Origin: Eledone cirrhosa
Taxonomy: Eukaryota
Reading direction: 5' to 3'
Assembly: GCA_964016885.1 (NCBI GenBank)
Contig: OZ024741.1
Coordinates: forward strand, 128,464,001-128,528,000
Length of the DNA: 64,000 nucleotides
The translations under genes were made by a program, and so were the position numbers. Below, piece by piece: positions 1 through 14,203 of this stretch. Every line of letters starts with the position of its first letter. Position 1 is the first letter of the stretch. The notes beneath the pieces were generated by a model, which worked only from the letters and a program-made list of their open reading frames with translations, made no database searches and was not told the DNA's origin.

Positions 1-572
1 TATATAAACTGACAAAGAAGGGAGAGAACGGTGCGTGAGGGCTTAGTCAAAGGAGAAAATATATATAAAGGAGAGAAATAATCAAACAGAAGAGAATAAA
101 TGGACTGTAGTCCACCGAGCAGATAAAGAAGAAAGACATTGAAGAGTAGAACATTTAGAAGGAAGAATAGAGGGAGACAGACCGGGTGGTGTGATGTTTA
201 TTATAAGATAGTTTTTAAAAAAAGAAGCCCGCACGAATAAGTCTTCAGAATATAAATTCAAAATAGGAGGGGCACAGTACAGAGACAATGGAGAACAACA
301 ACGGAATACGGACAGTCCCATCTCCTCAGTCAACGTTTGAAAATCACTACGGTTTCGGTTTTTAAGGTTAATACCGGTCATTCCAGTATACATTGAAACA
401 TAATAAAATAGGTAAAAAGAAGTTACGCTTTTATGTGAATTACACAAATATAGATGGAAAAGTATCCCAAGTGTGTCAACCGCCTTCCTCTAGTCCCCCT
501 TCTTACCTTTTCTACGTCGGACTACAATCCTTATTATATTCTCTTATGCTTCACTATGTCTCGGTATCACTG

Positions 573-636
<64 letters not shown>

Positions 637-637
637 C

Positions 638-672
<35 letters not shown>

Positions 673-902
673 GGTATATATATATATATATAAATATATA
701 GTAATAATAATAAATTTGAAGAGTAAAATCCAAAGAGAGCTCGATAAGGATAAATATATATCAAATATATAAGAACCGTAGAGCAAATATTTATTAAAAT
801 AATAGATTAAAGTTTAAGCAAAGAATCACTGCTTTCACCCTTAACGGGATCTTCTGAAACGTTATATTTATTTTAATAAATATATATATATATATATATA
901 TA

Positions 903-1096
903 TAAGTTATTCCGGGTTGAATCGGAGGTAACCACAGTAAGTAAGGTACTCAATACATAGCAGAATATAAAAGTTTTAATATAGAAGAGCGTCTACAGGA
1001 CTAGAACTGTTTCATTCGTGAGAAATCATCAGGAAGCTCCTGATGATTTTTCACGAATGAAACAGGTCTAGTCCTGTAGAAGCTCTTCTATATTAT
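903..1096. mobile_element. Fold-back PLE-end insertion with HHR-like core
   Basis: Arms ~975-1034 / 1038-1096. CTGATGA 1040-1046 ... GAAAC AG GTC. Related single arms at 3481-3620 and ~54340-54470. Confidence 0.7.
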
Positions 1097-1104
1097 ATAT
1101 ATAT

Positions 1105-1770
1105 ATAAATGTAAGTATGTATGTACGTATACGTATATACATATATGTATACAGACGTACAGTAGTATGTATATATATATACATACATGTACACATATAT
1201 ATGCACGTATCGGTTTACCGAACATTTATTATAATGCTCGGTTTGTTTGTTTGTAAACAAACAAACAGCCCGGATTACGCCGTACTAAGAGTGAGAAATG
1301 AAATTTCGTTTCATTCTATTCCATTTGATCGTTTTCGGTGCGCCCAGCCGACTGAACTCACTCGATATGCAAATTAGGCTTGCTCAGCCGTTAATATGCA
1401 TAAGGAAAGTATATACTTTCAGACGTTCAACCATCTGGCAGGAAGGTATACGATGCTGACGATAGCTAATAAGCTTGAAACTAGTACATCGTTCCTGTGT
1501 CAGTGTTGAACAAAAAGGTGACGTGGTTGCCTAAACACTGTACGGCGTAATTCGGGATGTTTGTTTGTTTACAAACAAACAAACCGAGCATTATAATAAA
1601 TGTTCGGTAAACCGATACGTGCATATATATATGTGTACATGTATGTATATATATACATACTACTGTACGTCTGTATACATATATGTATGTACGTATACGT
1701 ACATACATACTTACATTTAAGTAAGTGCCGTACTAAGAGTGAGAAATGAAATTTCATTTCATTCTATTCC

Positions 1771-1775
<5 letters not shown>
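1105..1775 (+). mobile_element. Retrozyme-like HHR element, copy A (448-nt unit plus terminal overlap, plus inverted arm 1107-1284)
   Basis: gccgtactaagagtgagaaatgaaatttc at 1279 and 1727. Central HHR. TA flanks. Non-coding. Confidence 0.85.
1425..1511 (+). ncRNA. Type I hammerhead ribozyme with extended stem I
   Basis: cgatg CTGACGA T AGCT aata AGCT T GAAA CTAG TA catcg. Stem I extends via ctggcaggaa/ttcctgtgtcag and gttcaac/gttgaac around a ggtata bulge. Predicted cleavage after GUA (1486). Confidence 0.85.
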
Positions 1776-1861
<86 letters not shown>

Positions 1862-2342
1862 TAAGAGAGAGAGATATGTGTGTGTGAGTCGGTAACTATG
1901 AACGCTGAACTATAAAACAAAACAGCATAAGAAAGGGTTAATTATTTCTTAGGTATATTCTTTCACTAGGTTCACCGGTTGACCTTGTTCGTAAGAAGAT
2001 CTTATTCAGACGTTGTTGACCTTGTTTAATGTTTTATGTTTGGTGGAGTGTATAATGGACGAATATCAGTTCATCTTCCTTGGCACAGATTCCCTCCCTT
2101 TGTGATTGTTGTCGTTATACAGAATATATTTTTATTGTATATCATTTTTTTTTTCACATAAATTATATAAATAATCTGTCATTCTACTTGTATGTTTGTA
2201 AGTACGTACGTATATATGTGTGCACTAAACATATATGTCATAAATACAGAGACACACACATACATATATATGTATATGTATGTATATATCTATATCTATA
2301 TATATATGTAAAAAGGTAATATATATATAAATATATATATAT

Positions 2343-2807
2343 CGGAAAAAATGAAACGATATTTCATTTCCCACTCTTAGTACGGCTGTTACTTAAATAT
2401 AAGTATGTACACGTACATACATATATGTATACCGACGCACAGCAGTATGTATATATATATATATATATATATACATACATGCACACATATATATATGCAC
2501 GTATGGATTCACCGAACATTTATTATAATGCTCGGTGTGTTTGTAAACAAACATCCCGTATTAAGCCGTAGTGTCTAGCAGCCACCGTTGCTCGTTTGTT
2601 CAACACTGACAAAGGAACGCTGTACTAGTTTCAAGCTTGTTAGCTATCGTCAGCAACGTATACCTTCCTGCCAGATTGTTGAACGTATATACTTACCTTA
2701 TGGATATTAACGGCTGAGTAGCCCAATTTGCATATCGAGTGGGTTAATCGGCCGGGTGCCCGAAAACGATAAACGGAAAAAATGAAACGATATTTCATTT
2801 CCCACTT
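2343..2807 (-). mobile_element. Retrozyme-like HHR element, copy B (431-nt unit)
   Basis: cggaaaaaatgaaacgatatttcatttcccact at 2343 and 2774. HHR at 2618-2658 (-): cgttg CTGACGA TAGCT aaca AGCTT GAAA CTAG TA cagcg. Confidence 0.85.
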
Positions 2808-2829
2808 CATATCCCTCACTTCCTATGTA

Positions 2830-2889
<60 letters not shown>

Positions 2890-2897
<8 letters not shown>

Positions 2898-3225
2898 GTT
2901 TTATAGATAAATAGATTTGACATACCGTTCAACATCGACTTGTATTTGAAAAAGTTGATTTTTCAAATACAAGTCGATGTTGAACGGTATGTCAAATCTA
3001 TTTATCTATAAAACTGTCTATATTGTATTTTGTCTGAGGAAGGCATAACATATTGTTAATATGATATCCCTGAAATATATATAATGAAATAAATATGGTT
3101 TTATAAATATAGTTTCCATTTATTTAATATCGTAAATATACTCCAAATACTTGTTGAGTGCTTTTATATCAGTTATAAATATTTACTAGTTGTAACCCAA
3201 CAATTTAAATATAACTTTCCATATA
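2890..3225 (+). mobile_element. Fold-back PLE-end insertion with HHR
   Basis: Palindrome centred ~2955. tattttgt CTGAGGA AGG..CATATT gtt AATATG..CCT GAAA TATATATA atgaaata (3026-3091). Near-identical to 43903-44390. Confidence 0.8.
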
Positions 3226-3363
3226 CATATATATATATATATATATGGGGGGGGGGGAGATGCAAATTCCTGACCGCGGCGCCAAGAGGTTTCTCTAAAC
3301 CCATTCTGCATCTCCCCATGTATTGAGTACTCACAAGCTTAGTGGTCTCCCCACCCTCTGCAC

Positions 3364-3456
<93 letters not shown>

Positions 3457-3626
3457 GTATATACATATATATATATATATGTAAGTTATTCCGGGTTGAA
3501 TCGGAGGTAATCACAGTAAGTAAGGTACTCAATACATAGCAGAATATAAAAGTTTTAATATAGATGAGATTCTACAGGACTAGAACTGTTTCATTCTTTA
3601 GAAATCATCAGGAATTTCTTATATAT

Positions 3627-3676
<50 letters not shown>

Positions 3677-4084
3677 TGTGCAAATGGCGGGGACACCACT
3701 AAGCATGGGAGTGCTCAATATATATACGTATATATATATATATACACACATATATAAATATATATATACCCCCCACACACACATATATACATATATATAT
3801 TCATAGTTATATACATAACTAGAACCATACATATGTATCTATCTATTTGTATATACATACAGTACATCTATCTATCTCAATCATAGTAATAAATTTAAAG
3901 GGGAACAGAAGAAAAGACAGAGAAAAAGAGTGAGAGAGGTCAGATAGCAGAATAAACAAACAACTGTATACATATTATGTCATTCTGCCTGTGCCATCTT
4001 TTATCTATATATATCCATCTGTCTTCACTATATAATTCTCCGTCGTCCTCTCCATGATACACACACACACACATATATATATAT

Positions 4085-4383
4085 GCAGAAGTTATATTTA
4101 ATTTGTTGGAATTCAACAAGCTTAAAAGTTTTATAACTGATATAAAGCACTCAACAATTTACTGGAGTAAATATTCAATATATTAATAAATGGAAACTAT
4201 ATTTATAAAACCATATTTATTTTATTAGATATATTTCAAGGGCAACCAAGGCAGTTTTTTTATAAAACAAATTTTGTATTTTATCTGATGAAACCGCACC
4301 AAAACTGCCTTGGTTGCCCTTGAAATATATATAATAAAATAATTATGGTTTTATAAATATAGTTTCCATTTATTAATATATTG
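4085..4383. mobile_element. Fold-back PLE-end insertion with HHR (related to the 2890 family)
   Basis: Arms ~4177-4260 / 4301-4383. tattttat CTGATGA (4285-4291) ... GAAA (4322-4325) TATATATA ataaaata, with a perfect 8-bp stem I. Confidence 0.8.
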
Positions 4384-4407
4384 TATATATATATATATAT
4401 ATATATA

Positions 4408-4601
4408 GGAAAAAGTATGACCCCGGCGGCAGAGCTCAAGCCGTTTCGACGACTATTTCTGGACTGTCCAGAAATAGCCGTCGAAATGGCTTGAGCTCTG
4501 CCGTCGGGGTCATACCTTTTCCTATTACCCACTCTACTACCCTAAGTATTGAGTACTCTGGTGCGTTATGGCCCATCTGGTTCCTTACCACAATTCCTTC
4601 G

Positions 4602-4603
<2 letters not shown>
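4408..4603. mobile_element. Fold-back insertion in (TA)n
   Basis: ~55-bp arms centred ~4465 plus a one-sided tail. Second copy in opposite orientation at 7959-8138. Confidence 0.75.
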
Positions 4604-4640
<37 letters not shown>

Positions 4641-6943
4641 TATATATGTATGTATATGTATATATATGTATATATATATGTATATATATATATATATATA
4701 TATACGTACTTACACACAAACATATATATATATATACACATGTACACACACACACATACACACACATATATGTATGTGTGTGTATACGTAATATTAACAC
4801 AATGGTAAAATATTTACCATCCTTGTACATATGTGAATCAAGGAAATCATCGGCAGAAGAAGAAAAAATATAACTTGCTTATAACCCAATTATTTATATA
4901 TATATATGTGTGTTTTTGTGTGTATGTATATATATATATATATATGTATGTATAAAAAAAATATGTATGTATATATATATATATACATATATGTATGTAT
5001 GAACCCATAACTCATGGTGGTGTCGTAGGAACACCGTTGTGTCAAGATGTTTCTTGGGCATTCTTTTAAATCTGGTGGAGCCCATCCCTCTCCTGCATTG
5101 AGAGAAATAGAGAAAACGCGAGGAAGAAATGACCTTAACCTTGGCCTGGTACTTCTTATCGACCTTGACAGTATGAAAGACAAAGCTGATATCGGCGGGA
5201 TTTGAACTGAGTGCAGAGAGCAATAATAAATACTGCTAAGCCTTCTACCCGGTGTTCTAACGACTTTGACAATTCGCTGCCATATGTCTGTTAGTTAGGT
5301 GTGTAACTACATTTATAGTCGGTGCACCGTTCGAAGCACTCATTGCTCAATGTTGTTACGGGTGTCCGTCTTATATGAGTTATATTCCAGAGTTCTGGCG
5401 GCTGTAGTTCGGAGAATGTAAATAGATTAAGTAGAATCGATGTTAGTGTTGCATCATATGTACAAACTTTATTGGCATATTATAATTGTTTCGATATCGA
5501 TCAGCTCAGGGTACAATCAAGATGACGGAGCCCGACTCTTCTTTGACATCTCGTCAGATATGCGAGTTTATGTGTGCAAAGACATTTGTAATATGCCAAT
5601 AAGATTTGTACATATGCTACAACACTGATTTCGAGTTTACTTAATCTACATACATATATATATATATATATACCCGTGGCATATGGGTGCATAAAACCCC
5701 GTTGTTATACGTTCAGCAGCAAAATCCACATGAGGCCCTCCTACCTTTAGAAGCAGAAAAGAAGACCAAGTGATGAGCAATTTTCTTGGGGTACTGTTCC
5801 TGCAGCCCCTTTCGTCACACCGCCAGCTCCATTTTCATGGAAGACAAGAAAATCTTCTTCGGTTGTCTAGTTGCTTCCTCTTAATCCAGAGAAAGCTACA
5901 GAGAAAACTCAGTCTCAGTGGCAAAGATGCCGAAATTCTTCTAAGAATACTATCCCATCTGTTGATGATGAGGAGAGCGAAATGGTATTTGAGGAAGGCC
6001 GACATAATGTTATGCATGCATGGTCCCGCAACTCCCGGAGAAGTCGTACCGGCGCTGTATTGACATAGTGCGTTTCTATGGCATTTTTTAAAAACCTGGT
6101 GGAGCCCAATCATCTCGTGGTCTGAACACAGCAGATCCTTGTAGAGAAGGTTAAAGAATGAGGGAATTGAAGTGAGAAAGAGATATAGAGGAAGAATCGA
6201 CTCCAGTACTTGACTAGTACTTTTTTAGCGGCCTCGAATGGATAAAAGAAACGACCTTAGTATTGGCCTCGTACTTTCTTATCGACCTCGAAAGGATAGA
6301 CATCGGCGGGATTTGAACTCAAAGAACAGAGAACCGAAACGAACACGGCAAAGCATTCTATCCGACGTTCTAACGTCTCTGCTAATTCGCCGCCTACTAA
6401 TATAGGAGTAGAAAAGATGAGAAAAAATGGAATTAAAACAAAAGCCACTCTGTCAGAAATCTTTAAAAAACGACATTCAACAGTGTGATTCTTTGAAATA
6501 CATACTTTTCAGAACCAACAACATTGCTAACAAAATGTATGAATTGGAGGAAGAAAGCTCACGCAATATATGGGTGGACGGGGTAGGTAGACCGTGGCTG
6601 GAGATTCTATCTTCTGAAGACAGAAGAAATATTCGAAGATATAAAATACTTCTCGTAAGAGGTTGTGGGTGTTTTTGTTGATGAAACAACCGAAGAAATA
6701 CAATGGGTTTCATTGATCCCCGAGAAATATAGAATACTTGCTGAGCCTGCAGACAGGTGGGGTGTGTTGATTCGACTTAAGCAGTGAGTTTTTATGTTTT
6801 ATATCATATCTTGTATTGTGTGTTTGATAATTTTATACCTATTGCATAATTTTATACGTATTGCAGTCTCTATGCTTATAAATTTTACTGTATTCTGAAC
6901 GCAAACCCTTGTGGCTAAAAAAATATTATTGCGTCCCTTTATG

Positions 6944-7290
6944 ATCTGAGTTCAAATCCCACAGAGTTAACTTTGCCTTTGATCCTTACGGGGTTGATAA
7001 AATAAAGTACCAGTAATGCACTGGGATAATTGCTGGCTTTGTGCCAAAAGTAGAAACAATTATTATTATTTGGCAGTATCGGTAGAGCGTCGGACTATTT
7101 GCTTTACGTTATAGAGTTACGGCATTTTACGTTCTGAGTTCAAATCCTGTCGAGGTTAGCTTTGTCTTTCATCCTTACGGGGTCGATAAAATAAAGTATC
7201 AGTAACGCACTGGAGTCGATTTAATCGACCCCCCCCCCGCCTTGTGCTTATACTAGAAATCATTCAAAAAGTAGAAACAATTATTATTAT
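6944..7290 (+). mobile_element. Tandem SINEs, dominant family
   Basis: Same B box and central domain twice. Confidence 0.8.
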
Positions 7291-7637
7291 TATTGTTGTT
7301 GTTGTTGTTGTTGTTGTTTAAACTTCTCGTTTACTTCCTTCACCCATGAGAAAACAATCTGGAGATAAGTTGACGGTGTAATACGAAACCAGAATAGTTC
7401 TCAAATGACAAGACTCCCTCCCTCTCCATCTCCAACTATTAACCACTGCCAGAACCCACTTACCCACTTACTTATAAACTGTACCGAGACTCCCCCACCC
7501 ACTCATATCAATAATAGCAGCAGCAGCAGCGCTACTGCCGCCACCGGCGCCGATACCACCACCACAACAAACAAATATCGTGTCACTATGGTCACAGGTC
7601 CTGCTAGTGGTCGGCACATTATTTCACACACACACAA

Positions 7638-7718
<81 letters not shown>

Positions 7719-7928
7719 TGTATATTCATATATAGTGCAAATTTATACGGGAACAAAACAGAGAGGTACTTAATACATTAACAGAGAAAGCCTTAAGCGA
7801 TACCCTGACCAACTCCATCTCACTCAACAAACATTAGGATAAACCTGAGTATAATCCTAATTATATGATTGGGGCCCTAACTATAATTTGCAGATAGCCG
7901 GCTGTATTATTTTAGATGAGACATAATT

Positions 7929-7958
<30 letters not shown>

Positions 7959-7960
<2 letters not shown>

Positions 7961-8134
7961 ACGAAAGAAGTGTGGTAAGGAACCAGATGGACCATAACGC
8001 AACAGAGTACTCAATACTTAGGATTAGTAGAGTGGGTAATAGGAAAATGTTTAAGCCCGACGGCAGAGCTCAAGCCTTTTCAGTCCAGAAATAGCTGTCG
8101 AAACGGCTTGAGCTCTGCCGTCGGGGTTAAACAT

Positions 8135-8138
<4 letters not shown>
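7959..8138. mobile_element. Fold-back insertion in (TA)n, same family as 4408-4603
   Basis: cccgacggcagagctcaagcc / ggcttgagctctgccgtcggg arms; tail on the left. Confidence 0.75.
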
Positions 8139-8225
<87 letters not shown>

Positions 8226-8242
8226 TATATTCATATATATAT

Positions 8243-8695
8243 AAATTTAATGTATAATAAACAATACAATATAATTACCTCATTACCAGAGCTTTCCCGA
8301 ATAAGACGAATACGATAAACGTCCTCATTCGTTCATCGGACAAGGCAATTTAAAACATAGTGAAATATTTGAAAAGTCTCCTCAAGAAATGCAAGAGTTT
8401 AACGGGCAAAAAATATATAAATAAAAGTATTGCATTACTTTTATTTATATATTTTTTGCCCGTTAAACTCTTGCATTTCTTGAGGAGACTTTTCAAATAT
8501 TTCACTATGTTTTAAATTGCCTTGTCCGATGAACGAATGAGGACGTTTATCGTATTCGTCTTATTCGGGAAAGCTCTGGTAATGAGGTAATTATATTGTA
8601 TTGTTTATTATACATTAAATTTTGCTCTGGTACTTACATAGAGCACTCTTCACTCCTATGACTTTTTCAATTTTCAACGGAAACTTCAATACTTA
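8243..8695. mobile_element. Fold-back insertion with variant HHR-like motif
   Basis: ~185-bp near-perfect arms centred ~8431. aattgccttgt CCGATGA ACGAAT..ATTCGT..GAAA..GTA atgaggtaatt (11-bp stem I with wobbles). Confidence 0.75.
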
Positions 8696-8708
8696 TATAT
8701 ATATATAT

Positions 8709-9310
8709 GAGGGTGTTAAAGTTTGCTTGAAGCATTGTGAAATGTGTAAAATACGTAGTTTAGAAAGCCACAACAATGCAGATGGGAAATCTCGAGGTAG
8801 GAAGTGAATGATAGATAGGAGAAATAGGAGAAAGTGAAAATTGAGAGAGACAAAGATGAAAACAAAACAAAGGTAGAAGGGTTACCGTAGTGGAGATTTC
8901 GGGCTCACGCCCATCAACGGGGGAAAGTTCCAAAAAGGGGGGGGGGAACAGGCTAAGCCGGAGAAAGTTGTGATGTCGTTAAAACAGGAATGCCGTTATG
9001 GGAAGAAAATTTAAAATTTAAATTTTAAAATTTTAAAATTTAAATTTTCTCCCCATAACGGCATTCCTGTTTTAACGACATCACAACTTTCTCCGGCTTA
9101 GCCTGTTCCCCCCCTTTTTGGAACTTTCCCCCGTTGATGGGCGTGAGCCCGAAATATTGGGATTAAATCTCCACTACGGTAACCCTTCTACCTTTGTTTT
9201 GTTTTCATCTTTGTCTCTCTCAATTTTCACTTTCTCCTATTTCTCCTATCTATCATTCACTTCCTACCTCGAGATTTCCCATCTGCATTGTTGTGGCTTT
9301 CTAAACTACG

Positions 9311-9317
<7 letters not shown>
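8709..9317. mobile_element. Fold-back insertion with degenerate HHR-like motif
   Basis: ~280-bp arms centred ~9028. tccc CCGTTGA T GGGC gtga GCCC GAAA TA TT ggga at ~9127-9162. Tail on the left arm. Confidence 0.75.
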
Positions 9318-9393
<76 letters not shown>

Positions 9394-9631
9394 CAATATA
9401 TATAAAATTGAACCTAAGCAGTACAATTTTAGTCAAGTAGGATATTTAATCATTTAATCACTGAGAATAGACAATGACTCAATCGTGTCAATGCTGATAC
9501 ACACACATACACACATACGCATATATATATATATATTTTTTTTAGATAAAAATAGCAGGTCCATTCATGTTGCCATCTCTTGGAAAACTATATATATGTG
9601 TGTATATATATGTGTATATATATATATGTCA

Positions 9632-9840
9632 GGTCACCAGTTGGTGCTACTGGTAACATGTATCCCAGTACAACCTGTCTCATGGTCGGGTCGTTGGCGA
9701 CTAAACTGGCAACCCCACCAAGGTTTCTTGGTGAGGAGGGTGACTTTGGACATCCTGCAGGACTAAAAACAAAACCTGTCAAAGGGCAAAGGAGCTCTTA
9801 AGAGTCAATGGCCATCCAAAATCACCGGGAGAGATGACCC
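9632..9840 (+). repeat. Dispersed ~190-bp repeat (unclassified, possibly a LINE UTR or SINE)
   Basis: Reverse-complement copies at ~51390-51570 and ~52765-52925. Confidence 0.8.
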
Positions 9841-10266
9841 CTTAGCCTTTGTCAAGGCAGAATTCTAGGAGAAGGAAAACTCTGATATAACACCTGCAAC
9901 CCTGATGGTATCCAATGATGTTGACTTGTTCTTCTTTTTGGTAAATATCATCTTGGTTAAGAGAGTGGGACTGGCTTTGTGCAGTGCCTTTGCTCACTAT
10001 AAAAGCTTCACGGCACAGGCATTGCTTTATATCTGGAGATCTCTCTGCACTTGTCGTCACATGGTACCATGGGCCCAACACTATGTGTCAATAATTGTCA
10101 CAAGTGTAGTCTTTGTACCAGAGTTTTCAAGTCGCTGGCTGGACTAAAAAGTCACACTCGTTCAGCGCATCAGTAGGGGTTCTCCTACATGGATATAAAG
10201 TAGTGGCCGTACTCGAAAACGAGTTGGCAGCCACCATATATATATATATATGTATGTATATATATC

Positions 10267-10325
<59 letters not shown>

Positions 10326-10360
10326 GTATGTATATATATATGTATATATGTATATATATA

Positions 10361-10432
<72 letters not shown>

Positions 10433-10680
10433 CGTGCGTGTGAGTGTAACAAGGGCGTAAAGTTATACCAAGAAAATTTCATGCTCCATGTGGTTCTACG
10501 ATCAATCAGGAAATAGAGCAAATGCATCCATCCAAGGTGTAATCCATATGGAATCAGGAATTAAGACTTTGGTTAACAAATCCTGGTTATTGTATGAATG
10601 AAAGTGCACAGAGCATTTAAACATTAAATATAGGAACTATGGAGGAATTTAAAGACATTATTATTAGTATTGTGGATTGT

Positions 10681-11068
10681 GGGCGGTGAATTGGCAGTAT
10701 CGGTAGAGGGTTGGACGCCATGCTTTCTAACATAGTTACGTCCCTTTACAGTCTGAGTTCAAATCCCGCCGAGGTTAACTTTGCCTTTCATCCTTACGGG
10801 GTCGATAAAATAAAGTACCAGTAATGTACTGAGTATTTGCTGGCCTTGTGCCTAAAGTAGAAACAATTATTATTAATATTGTGGATTGGCAGTATCGGTA
10901 GAGGGTCAGTCACATTGCTTTTCAGCATAGAGTTACGACCCTTTGTGATCTGAGTTCAAATCCTTCTGAGGTTAACTTTGCCTTTCATCCTTACGGGGTC
11001 GATAAAATAAAGTACCAGTAATGCACTGGGGTAATTGCTGGCCTTGTTCCGAAAGTAGAAACAATTAT
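10681..11068 (+). mobile_element. Tandem SINEs, dominant family
   Basis: Two full copies. Confidence 0.85.
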
Positions 11069-12063
11069 CATTAGTATTACACCTGTTTCAAGAAGTAAAA
11101 CCTGAATAATATGGAAACTAGAAAAATTTCACTAATTTCATCATATAATTATAATATATGTGACATCATATATTATAAATACATTTGCACGCTTAAAGAT
11201 AAATAAATCACTGGTCAGAATTTAAGGGAGAAAACTATTAGAAAGGAATTTAATATTTTGATAGCGTACTTTAATAGCGTACTTATATACAATTTCTTAT
11301 TAATTTACAGTGTGTAATTACGTATCAATAGACAATTATTAACGAAGCTATAATAGGGGTCAGTAACCACACACAAAAAATGTTAAGATATGTGTGAAGG
11401 TGGTTTATTGGTTTGCATGGTCAGATCTTATATTAATTTACTCCTATATACTATAATACACCTTAATGAAAACGTTCCGTTTACAACATTCTACGAATTT
11501 CATTCAGTGGAATACGTGTATGACCAATAGAAATGTATTAAATTCCTTCCTAATTCTTGTATATATAGGTTATTTGATTTACGTAAATTTCCCATTCGGC
11601 AGCTATCGCCTAGGTGTCTTTGTGGTTTCGGAGCTTGTAACGGGAACAGCAACCACACACACACACACATCGTGTATGTCCGTGTGTCTGCAAATGTAAA
11701 TGCCAATAAATTTATATGTACAAATGATAGAAATACACAGTAAACTGTTTTATATGAGACGTGGGCCTTCTTAAAAACTTTCTAATAAAATATAGTTTAG
11801 TATAACTAATTAGTGGCTTAGGAATATTTTCAAAGTGTTATTAAATCAGTTGGGGCGATGTATCGCCAAGCATAGCATGCAAGCTGGATGTTATAAGAGT
11901 GAACTACATTGCATTGAATTGCTATTAACATAGTTTAAATACAGTCTACTGTGTAGTTCTGTCGTTATTATCGCAAAGATATTAATGTTTAAACTTGTAC
12001 ATGGACTTTATAGACACCATGTATACACACACGGACAGGCTCACATACACAATATACATACCT

Positions 12064-13480
<1,417 letters not shown>

Positions 13481-13486
13481 TATATA

Positions 13487-13534
<48 letters not shown>

Positions 13535-13540
13535 TATATA

Positions 13541-13624
<84 letters not shown>

Positions 13625-13630
13625 TATATA

Positions 13631-13708
<78 letters not shown>

Positions 13709-14203
13709 AAAGAATAGAGGTGTAACACACAAGTTATTATATATTGGTAAACGGAATAGAAAATGCTGACAAATTGTTCACAGTTGAAAAATGGTTTAAT
13801 TAGGAATAAAAGAGTATTAGTGATTGTATGGGTTAGTATTCAGTTGTGGTTTTAAGTTTTTAAGTTTTTACCGGTTGCGCATTTCTAAATGCTTTTCAAA
13901 AATAATTTTGAGATAGTGTGTCCGTGCTGTTTGCTCTGATCTGATTAGTTTTGGGAATTCTACCTGTTTTTATGTTAAAAAAGTGGCTCCAGCGTTATTT
14001 TTATGTTGCAAAAATTCTTGTGGTCAAAACAATTTTGATTGGTCGGTAGAGGTCATGTGAATGTAAAAAGTTGATTTTGCGCCAAGACTGTTTTTATGTT
14101 AAAAAAGTGGCTCCAGCAAAAATTCTTGGTCAAAACAATTTTGATTGATCGGTAGGGGTCATGTGAATAAAATATATTATATATAAAGTTCTCATTCTGG
14201 AAG

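Noticed and set aside
8243-9317. Interpretation of the palindromes as MITEs/DNA transposons or rho-independent terminators
   Set aside because: Arms are asymmetric with one-sided tails and carry HHR-like motifs. Sister structures are attached to PLE coding sequence. The DNA is eukaryotic.
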